Source of the DNA: Thermodesulfobacteriales bacterium
Lineage (GTDB): Bacteria; Desulfobacterota_D; UBA1144; Nemesobacterales; UBA2774
DNA: 32,798 nt
Direction: 5' to 3'
NCBI GenBank assembly: GCA_004525335.1
Contig: SPCL01000002.1
Span: 1-32,798, forward strand
The notes beneath the pieces were generated by a model. It did not search any database. It saw only the letters and a program-made list of their open reading frames with translations, and had not been told where the DNA came from. This document shows, piece by piece, positions 1 through 9,163 of this stretch. A program made the translations under genes and the position numbers. Position 1 is the stretch's first letter. Every line of letters starts with the position of its first letter.

Positions 1-699
1 TTATTTTATATTCTTCAAATAACTGGTTCCCCCAAGATTACTTATCTGTTCCCTTATCCATCTTTCCCTATTAAGAAGATGCTCAGAGGGTTTAGCGGGA
101 GACGTAACTCTTGGGTCAGGGAGTATCGCTGCAATAAGTGAGGCATCTACAATATCTAGGTTTTTGGCTGATCTTCCGAAATAAACTTGAGCCGCTTCAT
201 CTACCCCGTATATACCGTTTCCTGTCTCTATAACATTTAAGTAGATTTCGAGAATCCTCTTTTTACCCCATATTTTCTCTATTAACACTGTGAAATATGC
301 TTCAAAACCTTTTCGAACCCATGATCTCTCAGGCCAAAGGAAAACATTTTTAGCACTTTGTTGGCTGATCGTACTAGCCCCTCTTAGGCGGCTACCTTCA
401 AGTCTGTCATCAATTGCCTCTTCTATAGCATGAAAATCAAATCCGTTATTAAAAGGGAAAGTCTGATCCTCTGCTGCAATTACGGCCATTTTCATGTTAT
501 TTGAAATTTCATCGTAACTTTTCCACTTTGTTTTGATTGATCTCTGTACACTAGGTTGCTCAAAATACCTTATAAGCATCAACGGGGTAATAGGGGGATT
601 TGCAAATTTATAAAGCGTAACCCAAGCTACTGACAATATGATTAATAGTAGCAGTAGTTTCATAACAAAGATTAAGATTTTTCGCAGTATTTTCTTCAT
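1..699 (-). CDS. mtgA: monofunctional biosynthetic peptidoglycan transglycosylase (GT51 family)
   Basis: 232-aa ORF with an N-terminal TM helix. GT51 motifs AAEDQTF and GASTISQQ are present. Stop codon TAA lies at 3..1 on the minus strand, so the gene is complete in the window. Confidence 0.85.
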   Translation of the reverse strand: MKKILRKILIFVMKLLLLLIILSVAWVTLYKFANPPITPLMLIRYFEQPSVQRSIKTKWKSYDEISNNMKMAVIAAEDQTFPFNNGFDFHAIEEAIDDRLEGSRLRGASTISQQSAKNVFLWPERSWVRKGFEAYFTVLIEKIWGKKRILEIYLNVIETGNGIYGVDEAAQVYFGRSAKNLDIVDASLIAAILPDPRVTSPAKPSEHLLNRERWIREQISNLGGTSYLKNIK

Positions 700-806
700 G
701 GTTTTAGTTGAGATAAATATGTTAGAATATTAACCAGATACAAGTGTTTTTAGTACATCATTCTAAACTTTATCTTTATAAACTATATCTGACACAACGC
801 AAAAAA

Positions 807-833
807 TTGACTCTTATGATCCTCTGATATAAA
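807..833 (+). promoter_or_regulatory. candidate sigma70 promoter for gyrA (TTGACT, then TGaTATAAA extended -10)
   Basis: TTGACT at 807..812. TG at 825..826 and TATAAA at 828..833. The 15-16 nt spacer is short. The site lies about 45 nt upstream of the gyrA ATG. Confidence 0.35.
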
Positions 834-877
834 CTTATTGATCAATATTTATAGATATTTAGGAGGGGTCCATCTAG

Positions 878-3325
878 ATGACAACACCGTCTCAGATTAT
901 ACCTATTAACATCGAAGATGAAATGAAGGAGTCTTATCTCTCTTATTCCATGAGTGTGATCATTGGTCGTGCTCTGCCGGATGTGAGAGACGGGCTTAAG
1001 CCTGTGCATAGACGAATTCTTTTTGGTATGGATGAGGTTGGCAACCAGTGGAACAAACCTTATAAAAAGTCAGCCAGAATCGTGGGTGATGTGATGGGTA
1101 AATACCATCCCCATGGTGATGCGGCTATTTATGACACACTTGTCAGAATGGCGCAGGATTTCTCCATGCGCTACACACTTGTAGACGGTCAGGGCAACTT
1201 TGGCTCAATAGACGGCGATCCTCCTGCAGCTATGAGATACACTGAGGTCAGGCTCGACAGAATTGCAACCGAGATGCTTGATGATCTCGAAAAAGAGACT
1301 GTAGATTTTGTTCCTAACTATGACGGTGGTGAGCATGAGCCACTGGTTCTTCCTTCAAAAATTCCTAATCTCCTTTTAAACGGTTCTTCCGGTATTGCTG
1401 TGGGTATGTCAACTAATATCCCGCCCCATAACCTGACTGAATTAATTAACGCTGTAATAGCGCAAGCTGCTAATCCTGAAATTACACTTGATGAATTAAT
1501 GGTACACCTGCCGGGACCTGACTTTCCAACCGCTGGTTTTATAACCGGCAAGAACCCGATTAGAGAAGCATATGCAACCGGGCGCGGAATAATAAAGCTC
1601 AGGGCAAGGGCGAGAATTGAAAAGCAGAAGAAGGGCGACAGAGAAGTAATTATTATAAATGAAATCCCCTACCAGGTTAATAAGTCCAGATTAATTGAAC
1701 GAATAGCAGAGCTTGTAAAAGATGAAAAGATAAAGGGTATTTCGGATATACGTGATGAGTCCGATAGGGACGGTATCAGAGTAGTTGTCGATGTTAAACG
1801 CGGAGAGATCGCGGAAGTTGTATTAAACCAGCTCTACAAACACACCCCGATGGATACTTCTTTCGGGATTATTATGCTTGCGCTTGTAAGAAATCAGCCA
1901 CGCGTACTGTCTTTAAAAGAAATAATAAATCACTTTTTAGAACATAGAAAAGAAGTAGTAACCAGAAGAACACAGTTCGAATTAGCTAAGGCAGAGGCAA
2001 GGCTTCATATCTTAGAAGGTCTTAAGATTGCTCTAGATCACATAGATGAAGTTATTGCATTGATTCGCAAATCAGATAGCCCTCAAGTTGCAAGAGACGG
2101 TCTTATGCAGAAGCTCGGTCTAAGCGCTATACAGGCTCAGGCTATCTTGGACATGCGTCTACAGAGACTAACAGCTCTTGAGCGCGATAAGATAATCGAT
2201 GAGAGAAAAGAACTTATACAGACGGTAAAAGGATTAAAAGAAGTTTTAGATCAAGACAATCTGATCCTTGGAATAGTCACTGATGAACTTGCTGACATAA
2301 AAAACCGTTATGGTGATGCTAGGAAAACAGAGATTCTAGACAGCTTAGAGGAGATATCAATTGAAGACCTCATTGCTGATGAAGATATGGTGGTGACGAT
2401 TAGCCATGATGGATATATAAAAACTACTCCCTTAAGCATTTACCGCAGTCAAAGAAGGGGTGGTAAGGGCAGAACCGGAATGGGTACAAAGGAACTGGAC
2501 TTTATTGAGACTCTTTTTATTGCCTCACAGCACAATTACGTCTTATTCTTCTCAAATCACGGAAAGTGTTACTGGCTCAAGGTTCATGGAATTCCTGAAG
2601 CAGGCCCAACGGCAAGAGGAAAGGCATTAGTTAACTTGCTGAACCTTGCTGAAGGGGAGAAAATTGCAGCTGTATTACCTGTTGTTGAGTTTAACGACGA
2701 GCAATCCCTCATTATGGCAACTAAAAATGGTGTAGTTAAAAAGACAAAGCTTAGTGCTTACTCTAAGCCCCGTGTAGGGGGCATTATTGCTCTTAACATT
2801 AGGGACGATGATGAACTAATTGTAGCCAAGCTTACCAGCGGTCATGATGAGATATTAATCTCCTCACACTTTGGACAGGCGATAAGGTTTAAAGAAGAAG
2901 ATGTGAGAGATATGGGTAGAACCGCAACCGGCGTCAGGGGTATTAGACTCGATAAAGGTGACAACGTTGTAAGTCTTGAGGTAATTGAAAACTCTGAAGC
3001 TCAAATTCTTACTGTTACTGAGAAAGGTTACGGAAAGAGAACGCTAGTATCTGAATATAGAATTACGGGCCGCGGTGGTAAAGGTGTTATTACGATTAAG
3101 ACCACTGGGAAGAACGGTAGAGTTGTTGGAACCTTCCAGGTGACAAATGATACTCAAATAATGATGATAACAACCCAGGGCGGCAAAGTGATACGCATGA
3201 ATGCATCTGAAATCAGTATATTTGGAAGAGGCACACAAGGTGTCAGACTCATCGGCCTTGCTGAAGATGAAAAAGTTGCGGCCGTTGCTAAAGTAGTAGA
3301 AAGAGAGCAGGGACCCATAGATTAA
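878..3325 (+). CDS. gyrA: DNA gyrase subunit A
   Basis: 815-aa ORF with the GyrA N-terminal signature [28 protein letters not shown]. The active-site region AAMRYTE is present, as are C-terminal beta-pinwheel repeats. AGGAGG lies 7 nt upstream of the ATG. Confidence 0.97.
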   Translation: MTTPSQIIPINIEDEMKESYLSYSMSVIIGRALPDVRDGLKPVHRRILFGMDEVGNQWNKPYKKSARIVGDVMGKYHPHGDAAIYDTLVRMAQDFSMRYTLVDGQGNFGSIDGDPPAAMRYTEVRLDRIATEMLDDLEKETVDFVPNYDGGEHEPLVLPSKIPNLLLNGSSGIAVGMSTNIPPHNLTELINAVIAQAANPEITLDELMVHLPGPDFPTAGFITGKNPIREAYATGRGIIKLRARARIEKQKKGDREVIIINEIPYQVNKSRLIERIAELVKDEKIKGISDIRDESDRDGIRVVVDVKRGEIAEVVLNQLYKHTPMDTSFGIIMLALVRNQPRVLSLKEIINHFLEHRKEVVTRRTQFELAKAEARLHILEGLKIALDHIDEVIALIRKSDSPQVARDGLMQKLGLSAIQAQAILDMRLQRLTALERDKIIDERKELIQTVKGLKEVLDQDNLILGIVTDELADIKNRYGDARKTEILDSLEEISIEDLIADEDMVVTISHDGYIKTTPLSIYRSQRRGGKGRTGMGTKELDFIETLFIASQHNYVLFFSNHGKCYWLKVHGIPEAGPTARGKALVNLLNLAEGEKIAAVLPVVEFNDEQSLIMATKNGVVKKTKLSAYSKPRVGGIIALNIRDDDELIVAKLTSGHDEILISSHFGQAIRFKEEDVRDMGRTATGVRGIRLDKGDNVVSLEVIENSEAQILTVTEKGYGKRTLVSEYRITGRGGKGVITIKTTGKNGRVVGTFQVTNDTQIMMITTQGGKVIRMNASEISIFGRGTQGVRLIGLAEDEKVAAVAKVVEREQGPID

Positions 3326-3360
3326 ATCTACTTAGTTCCTATAATGAGAACTTCCATTCA

Positions 3361-3855
3361 ATGATTCGAGAGATTGAAAACATATTTCTAGATTTCCCAG
3401 GGTACGGATGTTTTGCCTGTGACCCAAGAAATCAGCTAGGGCTTCGTCTTAAATTTTTTGCAGATGAAGAAAAAGGCGATGTGTTTACTAAATACACCCC
3501 TGAAGTGCATCTTGAAGGCTTTCCCGGAATACTGCACGGCGGTATACAATGCGCTCTTATTGATGAAGTAGCCTTTTGGACAATGTTTGATCAGTTTAAG
3601 AAAATCGCTCTTACATCTAAACTTGATATGGAATTTCTAAGACCGGTTGATGGTAAATCAGAATTAACTATTAGAGGAAAAGTGACAGAGGCTGACGGAC
3701 GGAAGGTTAGAGTAGAAGTGAATCTGTTAAATGATGATAACAAAGTATGTACTAAAAGCACTGTTGATTACACTATAACTACTAGAGAAATGACATATAA
3801 GATTCTGGGCAAGGAAAGATTTACAGAAAAATTTCAGAAATACTTGGAAGACTAA
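3361..3855 (+). CDS. hotdog-fold acyl-CoA thioesterase (PaaI-like)
   Basis: 164 aa. Carries the CFACDPRNQLGLRLKF and ILHGGIQCALIDEV motifs I associate with PaaI-type hotdog thioesterases. Confidence 0.7.
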   Translation: MIREIENIFLDFPGYGCFACDPRNQLGLRLKFFADEEKGDVFTKYTPEVHLEGFPGILHGGIQCALIDEVAFWTMFDQFKKIALTSKLDMEFLRPVDGKSELTIRGKVTEADGRKVRVEVNLLNDDNKVCTKSTVDYTITTREMTYKILGKERFTEKFQKYLED

Positions 3856-3856
3856 A

Positions 3857-4462
3857 ATGATAAAACTCTATGACCACCAACTTTCGGGCAACAGTTATAA
3901 ATCAAGACTGCTTTTAAATCAGCTTGGTGTTGAATATGAGAGGATTAACGTTGATGTATTTAAAGGGGAGCAGAATGATCCGAAATTTGCCGCTCTAAAT
4001 CCTAATAAGAAGATCCCGGTATTGGTTGATGAGGATTTTATAATGTGGGAGTCAAACGCCATTCTTTTCTATATAGGTAAGAAGTACTCTCCAAATCCTC
4101 TATATCCGGAAGATCCTAAATCTCACGGTCTGGTTGCGCAGTGGCTCTTGTTTGGAAAAACTACAATTGATCCTAATTTGGCAATGGCTAGGTACCTAAC
4201 CCGTTTCGTTCAGCCACAAATGCAGGATCAGCAGGAGCTTACTAAATGTAGAGCTCACGGCATGATGACACTTAAAATCCTGGATGATCACTTAAAAGAT
4301 AACCAGTTTCTTGCAGGAGAGTACTCTATAGCCGATATAGGATGTTATCCTTATGTTCATTTAGCTCCAGAGGGCGAGATAGATATTGAGGCCTATTCTT
4401 CCGTAGTATCCTGGATTGAGCGTATTCAATCTCAACCCGGATATATTGCTATGGATGTTTAA
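3857..4462 (+). CDS. glutathione S-transferase family protein
   Basis: 201 aa. The thioredoxin-like N-domain contains [21 protein letters not shown] (the cis-Pro and ES motif). An alpha-helical C-domain follows. Confidence 0.85.
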   Translation: MIKLYDHQLSGNSYKSRLLLNQLGVEYERINVDVFKGEQNDPKFAALNPNKKIPVLVDEDFIMWESNAILFYIGKKYSPNPLYPEDPKSHGLVAQWLLFGKTTIDPNLAMARYLTRFVQPQMQDQQELTKCRAHGMMTLKILDDHLKDNQFLAGEYSIADIGCYPYVHLAPEGEIDIEAYSSVVSWIERIQSQPGYIAMDV

Positions 4463-4486
4463 TTGGGCAAAAAAGCTAAATAAGGA

Positions 4487-4563
4487 TGGAGCGGGAAACG
4501 GGATTCGAACCCGCGACCTTCTCCTTGGCAAGGAGACGCTCTAGCCAGCTGAGCTATTCCCGC
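4487..4563 (-). tRNA. tRNA-Gly (anticodon GCC)
   Basis: The reverse complement folds as a 77-nt cloverleaf. Acceptor stem is GCGGGAA/TTCCCGC and D stem is GCTC/GAGC. Anticodon stem is TCTCC/GGAGA with loop TTGCCAA. The T arm is GCGGG-TTCGAAT-CCCGT and the CCA end is encoded. Confidence 0.93.
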
Positions 4564-4578
4564 TTAGCAAGCCCCGTA

Positions 4579-4607
4579 AATGTATCAAGCCAATAGAATG
4601 TTGTCAA
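4579..4607 (-). promoter_or_regulatory. candidate sigma70 promoter for tRNA-Gly
   Basis: On the minus strand: TTGACA (4607..4602), a 17-nt spacer, then TACATT (4584..4579). It ends 15 nt upstream of the mature tRNA 5' end. Confidence 0.45.
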
Positions 4608-4660
4608 GAATTACTTAATTTATAGCCGTTTAGGGTAAAATATAGCTTCAGTGAAAGAAA

Positions 4661-5800
4661 ATGAGCCAAGACCTAAGAAAAACAATTATATCCAAAGTTA
4701 GTCGAGTAATAATAAAGATCGGTAGTAGTATACTTACCGATAAGAACGGCAGTCTGTCTGAATCTGTTTTCGAAAAGCTAGCTCAGGAAATTTCTAAAAT
4801 AAAAAGTAAGAATATTGAAGTGATCGTAGTTTCTTCAGGAGCAATTGCTTCAGGTATGAAGAAATTGGGCCTAACTGAAAGGCCTACTGAAATATCAATG
4901 AAGCAGGCTATTGCTGCAGCAGGTCAAAGTACACTTATGTGGCATTACGAGAGAGCCTTTTCTGAGTTTAATCAAAATGTTGCTCAAATCCTTCTAACCT
5001 TAGACGGACTTTTGGATAGAAAAAGATTTTTAAATGCCCGCAAAACTCTTACTACAGTTCTCTCGATGGGGATAATTCCTATTATCAATGAGAATGATAC
5101 GGTGGCTGTTGAGGAGATTATGCTAGGAGACAACGATAATTTATCAGCTCAGATTACCTCTTTGATCGAAGCTGATTTGTTGATCATGCTTACTGATATA
5201 GACGGGCTCTATAATAAGGATCCTCGAATTCATAAAGATGCGGAGTTACTATCTTTGGTAGAACGGATAGGGGAGGATGTTGAAAATAACGCAGGAGATA
5301 CTTTCGGTAGGACAACGATAGGCGGAATGAAAACCAAGATCGAGGCTGCGAAAAAAGCAGCTGCCTATGGTGTTCCTACAATTATTGCAAATGGAAATAA
5401 CAGATCAACTCTAAAGGACATCTTTGATGGTAAGGAAGTTGGTACCCTGTTTCTTCCCTCAGAGCAGAGTTTAAGCGGTAGAAAACACTGGATCGCATTT
5501 ACTCTTAAGTCAGCGGGCGAAATAGTAATAGACGCAGGCGCTACGAAAGCTATAACTTCTTCTGGTAAAAGTCTTCTCCCTTCGGGAATCAAAGACGTTA
5601 GGGGAAGCTTTGGGGTGGGTGAGTCGGTAACCTGTATTGATGAAAACGGTGCACAGATAGCAAGAGGGCTTTCATCTTATAGCTCTAATGATATAAGGAA
5701 AATAATGGGTTTAAAAACTTCCGATATCGAAGGCGCTCTGGGTTACAAGTACAGCGATGAGGTCATTCACAGAGACGATCTGGCAGTTATTGCAGAATAA
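4661..5800 (+). CDS. proB: glutamate 5-kinase with C-terminal PUA domain
   Basis: 379 aa. The amino-acid kinase fold begins IIKIGSSILTD and includes VVSSGAI and NENDT. The PUA-like C-terminus contains GKSLLPSGI. Confidence 0.93.
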   Translation: MSQDLRKTIISKVSRVIIKIGSSILTDKNGSLSESVFEKLAQEISKIKSKNIEVIVVSSGAIASGMKKLGLTERPTEISMKQAIAAAGQSTLMWHYERAFSEFNQNVAQILLTLDGLLDRKRFLNARKTLTTVLSMGIIPIINENDTVAVEEIMLGDNDNLSAQITSLIEADLLIMLTDIDGLYNKDPRIHKDAELLSLVERIGEDVENNAGDTFGRTTIGGMKTKIEAAKKAAAYGVPTIIANGNNRSTLKDIFDGKEVGTLFLPSEQSLSGRKHWIAFTLKSAGEIVIDAGATKAITSSGKSLLPSGIKDVRGSFGVGESVTCIDENGAQIARGLSSYSSNDIRKIMGLKTSDIEGALGYKYSDEVIHRDDLAVIAE

Positions 5801-5822
5801 TTATTCTTTTTAGAATCTAAAC

Positions 5823-6824
5823 ATGAAGTCCAAAAAATTATTATACATATCAACCTTCTTTATTATTTTGCTAATCTTACTAGGAGCTTCTTACCTTGCT
5901 ATTTTGCATTATATATATAACAACCCCTCTGTTAAAGAGGACGTTGTTGTTGCTATACCTGAGGGTTCAGGACTGAGCGGTATCTCTTCAAAGCTTCTGG
6001 AATCGGGAGTTATTGTAAACGATAAACTTTTTATTCTGTTTGTGATTAAAGAAGGATGGCAGGATGACTTAAAAGCCGGTGAATACAAATTTGAAAAAGG
6101 CCTAACTATGTCAGATGTCGCCAACAAAATTGTTCAAGGAGATGTTCAGCTAGATAAGGTGACAATACCAGAGGGCTTAACGGTTAAGGAAATTGCGAGA
6201 CTGCTCGACCAAAAAGGAATTGTTCCCGAAAGTGAATTTATAAATGAGACTCAAAATAAAGAGCTCATAGAAGACCTGCTTGGCCCAGGTGTGAATAGCT
6301 TGGAAGGATACCTCTTTCCTGAAACCTACTCTTACTCAAGATCCCTAACCTCCAAAGAGTTGATCACTTTAATGGTTCAACGATTTAAGGCTGTTTATGA
6401 GCCGCTTTCAAGTTTGAGGAACAAAATCAATCTTACCGATACTGAAATTCTGACTTTAGCATCTATTGTTGAAAAAGAAACAGGAGCTGGATTTGAGAGA
6501 CCTCTTATCTCAGCTGTGTTTCAAAATAGGCTTAGAATTGGTATGAAGCTAGACAGTGATCCTACTGTTATATATGGAATGGGGAATAATTATAACGGTA
6601 ATCTCAGAAAAAGAGACTTAAGACAATATACTGAATATAACACCTACGTTATAAAGGGGCTTCCCCCCTCTCCGATTGCCAACCCGGGAGAAGATTCGAT
6701 TATGGCCGTACTCAATCCTGCAGATGTTAAATATCTCTATTTTGTTTCCAAAGGAGATGGGACTCACCATTTCTCCAATAGTCTTAGAGAGCATCAAAAT
6801 GCAGTCAATAAATATCAAAGATAA
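5823..6824 (+). CDS. mltG: endolytic murein transglycosylase (YceG/MltG family)
   Basis: 333 aa with an N-terminal TM helix. YceG motifs are present: LASIVEKET, DPTVIYG, YNTYxxxGLPPxPIxNPG. Confidence 0.9.
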   Translation: MKSKKLLYISTFFIILLILLGASYLAILHYIYNNPSVKEDVVVAIPEGSGLSGISSKLLESGVIVNDKLFILFVIKEGWQDDLKAGEYKFEKGLTMSDVANKIVQGDVQLDKVTIPEGLTVKEIARLLDQKGIVPESEFINETQNKELIEDLLGPGVNSLEGYLFPETYSYSRSLTSKELITLMVQRFKAVYEPLSSLRNKINLTDTEILTLASIVEKETGAGFERPLISAVFQNRLRIGMKLDSDPTVIYGMGNNYNGNLRKRDLRQYTEYNTYVIKGLPPSPIANPGEDSIMAVLNPADVKYLYFVSKGDGTHHFSNSLREHQNAVNKYQR

Positions 6825-6839
6825 TCATCATAAAAAGAT

Positions 6840-7817
6840 TTAAGCAAATACTTCGCCGAACGGATCTACTCTGGTTTGATCTGCAACCTGCTTAATAATC
6901 TTTTTGTCTTCTCGTTCTATTCTGATTAATCCATTCTTTCTTTTAGTCGCTATAAACTGAGTTCCGCTTGTTTCCTGTGAAATTCTTTCTAGAATCCTAG
7001 GATAGTTTTTAGATCCGATAAATATTGAATGTATACATACTCCTAGTTTCTTAGCACGCATTCTTTCGTTGATAACATCGCAGTCTCCGGATGTGGGTAT
7101 ACCGTCAGTAATAAATAAAATATGCTTATTTCTGAGTCCTCTGCCTTTAAATTCAGAGATTGCGTCTTTAAGGGCGTCTTCATAGTTCGTGTTTCCCGAA
7201 CATTCGGTTTTCGAAGCTAGATCAAACATCCAGTTATAGTCTCGGGTAAAGAATTGGGAGTTTCTTTTATACTTGTAGGACCTATGATTAAATTCAACAT
7301 ATCCAACTCTCATTCTCTTTGATCTGGCTAGCTCTACAACTCCTCTTACAACAGATGAAGACCATTCACTATAGACACCCATCATTGAAGTGCTTACATC
7401 TCGGAGTATAGCTATCTCACCGCCCATCATTTCTTTCTCTCTTTTATGAACGCGGGGTAATGTGGGGCTAGTGTTTTCAGCCCAGATCATTGCCTCGAAT
7501 GGATCGATATCCTCAATCTCATCGAAATGATTCATTCTTTTCCATGTTCTGGGCATTCCTCCCGGGTGAGGAGCCCTGAGAGCCATGCTTCTCTGGAAAT
7601 TGCCTTCCAGAACCTTCATTATAATTCTTACGTTATCTGCGGAATCAGTATTCTTATCGCCGCCTAGCCAATAATCCTCTTCATCACCCGGATCCTGGGA
7701 CTTGCTGGCAAATACTTTGTTTGATTGTGGTGGTTCTCTATCTTCTCGGTTCCCCAGGTCATCACTTATCTGACCTTCTGGATCAGAGGGGATATCCTGA
7801 TTGTCAGGGGGGATCAT
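6840..7817 (-). CDS. von Willebrand factor A (VWA) domain protein, partner of the upstream MoxR ATPase
   Basis: 325 aa counted from ATG 7817. The MIDAS motif is DVSTS (DxSxS), followed later by ITDGIPTSG. The N-terminus is acidic and low-complexity. There is no strong SD before ATG 7817. The same frame stays open upstream to 8033 (see findings). Confidence 0.8.
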   Translation of the reverse strand: MIPPDNQDIPSDPEGQISDDLGNREDREPPQSNKVFASKSQDPGDEEDYWLGGDKNTDSADNVRIIMKVLEGNFQRSMALRAPHPGGMPRTWKRMNHFDEIEDIDPFEAMIWAENTSPTLPRVHKREKEMMGGEIAILRDVSTSMMGVYSEWSSSVVRGVVELARSKRMRVGYVEFNHRSYKYKRNSQFFTRDYNWMFDLASKTECSGNTNYEDALKDAISEFKGRGLRNKHILFITDGIPTSGDCDVINERMRAKKLGVCIHSIFIGSKNYPRILERISQETSGTQFIATKRKNGLIRIEREDKKIIKQVADQTRVDPFGEVFA

Positions 7818-7999
7818 GTTACTTTCTCTCTCTATATTCTCTTTGAGTTCTTTAAGGGCTTGAAAAAAGGTTTTTCGGGCTTCGGAGAGCTCATCATCCC
7901 GGGATTCTTTTGTTGCATCTTCGTCGGGAATTTCCTGGTGTTTATCCTCATCTTCTCCCGGCTGATTACCATCTGGTTGAGAGGCTTCTTGTTCTTGCT

Positions 8000-8962
8000 C
8001 TAACTCACCCGGCCTGTCGTTGTCTTTTTTTTTTTATTATTCAGGTCGTCAAGAATTTGATCGAGTTGCTGAAAAACTTCTTCAGGGACTCTGAATGCAG
8101 TCATAAATTTGAGTGCGTTTAAGTCCTCTACCGTGCACACCTCTCTGTCGTGTAATAGGGCGTGTGCTCTCATTATCTTGAGTGATTTAACAAAGAATGT
8201 TCTGTCTGATATTAGAGAGTTTGTTTCATTACATCCGTAGTCTTCTATTAGTGTCGCAACAAAATTAGCCAATGCTTCTTGAACAACTAGAGGTATTTCA
8301 ACACTTTCAAGTTTCTCGTAATACTCATCGAAGACCTCTCTGTTTACCCTTGCAGGCACCTCATAGGTACTTGGCCTTTCGCTGTAAAGTTTAATAACCT
8401 CTCTTGCTTCCTTCCACTTCCTTCCGTAAGAAAGCCCTTGTGAATTAATCTGTAAAACAAATCTATCCAAGTTGGCCGGATCGAGAGGCTCGTTGTAATA
8501 CTCATCAGCAGTCGGGTTACTAGTACCAATTGCTGTTAGTAGAGGAATATTTTCGTTAAAGAATTTTCTTTCATTAAGTATTCTAAGTAGTACGTTAAGT
8601 GATTCCCCAGGGGCTCTTGAAATATCATCAAGGAGACAAATCTCTGAAGTTAATATCCCGCCCTTTACAACTTTTTGCTTAATTAATTCGCCGTCGTCAG
8701 TTGTCTCTTTTGAAATTACCAAGTCGCCAATTAATTCTGATAACCTGGTGTCTCTGTGAAGCTGATAGAAAAAGAATCTGAGACTGGCAGCTGCAGATAC
8801 AATTTCAGATAACATGGTTTTTGCAGTTCCAGGAGGCCCCTCTATATATATGTGTTCTCTTGCTATGATGCCTAGTAGAAGAGCTAATTTTACTTCTTCA
8901 TGCCCTACTACTAGTTTATCCATTTCTTCTTTGAGAACTACGAACGGATTTTGAGTTGTCAT
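8000..8962 (-). CDS. MoxR/RavA-like AAA+ ATPase
   Basis: 320 aa. Walker A is GPPGTAKT and the Walker B region is CLLDDISRA. The LNVLLRILNER and NLDRF motifs are typical of MoxR-class ATPases. GGAGG lies 12 nt upstream of the ATG. Confidence 0.88.
   Translation of the reverse strand: MTTQNPFVVLKEEMDKLVVGHEEVKLALLLGIIAREHIYIEGPPGTAKTMLSEIVSAAASLRFFFYQLHRDTRLSELIGDLVISKETTDDGELIKQKVVKGGILTSEICLLDDISRAPGESLNVLLRILNERKFFNENIPLLTAIGTSNPTADEYYNEPLDPANLDRFVLQINSQGLSYGRKWKEAREVIKLYSERPSTYEVPARVNREVFDEYYEKLESVEIPLVVQEALANFVATLIEDYGCNETNSLISDRTFFVKSLKIMRAHALLHDREVCTVEDLNALKFMTAFRVPEEVFQQLDQILDDLNNKKKKTTTGRVS
8024..8035 (-). other. A11 homopolymer containing an A_AAA_AAG heptamer (candidate -1 recoding, slippage or phase-variation site)
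   Basis: Plus strand 8025..8035 is T11. On the mRNA strand the ATPase frame reads AAT AAT AAA AAA AAA AAG ACA. The heptamer is 8030..8024. The presence of the tract is certain. The confidence value refers to a recoding function. Confidence 0.45.
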
Positions 8963-9012
8963 TATAAGGTCTGGCCTCCGTCTATTTCATTTCTGTATTG
9001 GTATGATTATTA

Positions 9013-9041
9013 ATTGTACATAAGGGGTGTTTTTTTTGCAA
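9013..9041 (-). promoter_or_regulatory. candidate sigma70 promoter for the MoxR-VWA operon
   Basis: On the minus strand: TTGCAA (9041..9036), a 17-nt spacer, then TACAAT (9018..9013). It lies about 50 nt upstream of ATG 8962. Confidence 0.5.
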
Positions 9042-9163
9042 TAAAATACTCATTAACCTCAAGAACTATTTCATTGTTTTATCTGAATGCCGATCTTGCT
9101 ATTACTTTAGATAATTTAGTATGATAAGTTACTAGCTAACTTTTAGTGGAAAATGGAAGTCAT

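Noticed and set aside
4463-4660. I considered tRNA-Gly as an integration hotspot or island boundary.
   Set aside because: There is no integrase, no direct repeat of the tRNA 3' end and no compositional break that I can see. The neighbours (GST, proB) are ordinary chromosomal genes.
7725-8122. Two plus-strand ORFs from the track (92 aa at 7725..8003 and 70 aa at 7910..8122) span the MoxR/VWA junction.
   Set aside because: They are antisense to a minus-strand frame that is open and compositionally coherent with the VWA N-terminus. They have no SD, their translations are low-complexity Phe/Leu-rich, and they match no family. I treat them as shadow ORFs.
8963-9163. I considered a glycine riboswitch upstream of the AGCS symporter, which is a common arrangement.
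   Set aside because: The region is very AT-rich. It lacks the conserved GGAGAG...CACCG-type cores and paired stems of glycine aptamers. It is better explained by two divergent promoters.
9146-9163. The ORF track uses a GTG start for the symporter (MENGSH).
   Set aside because: There is no SD before the GTG. ATG 9164 has GGAAG upstream and gives a typical AGCS N-terminus. This is a minor re-annotation only.
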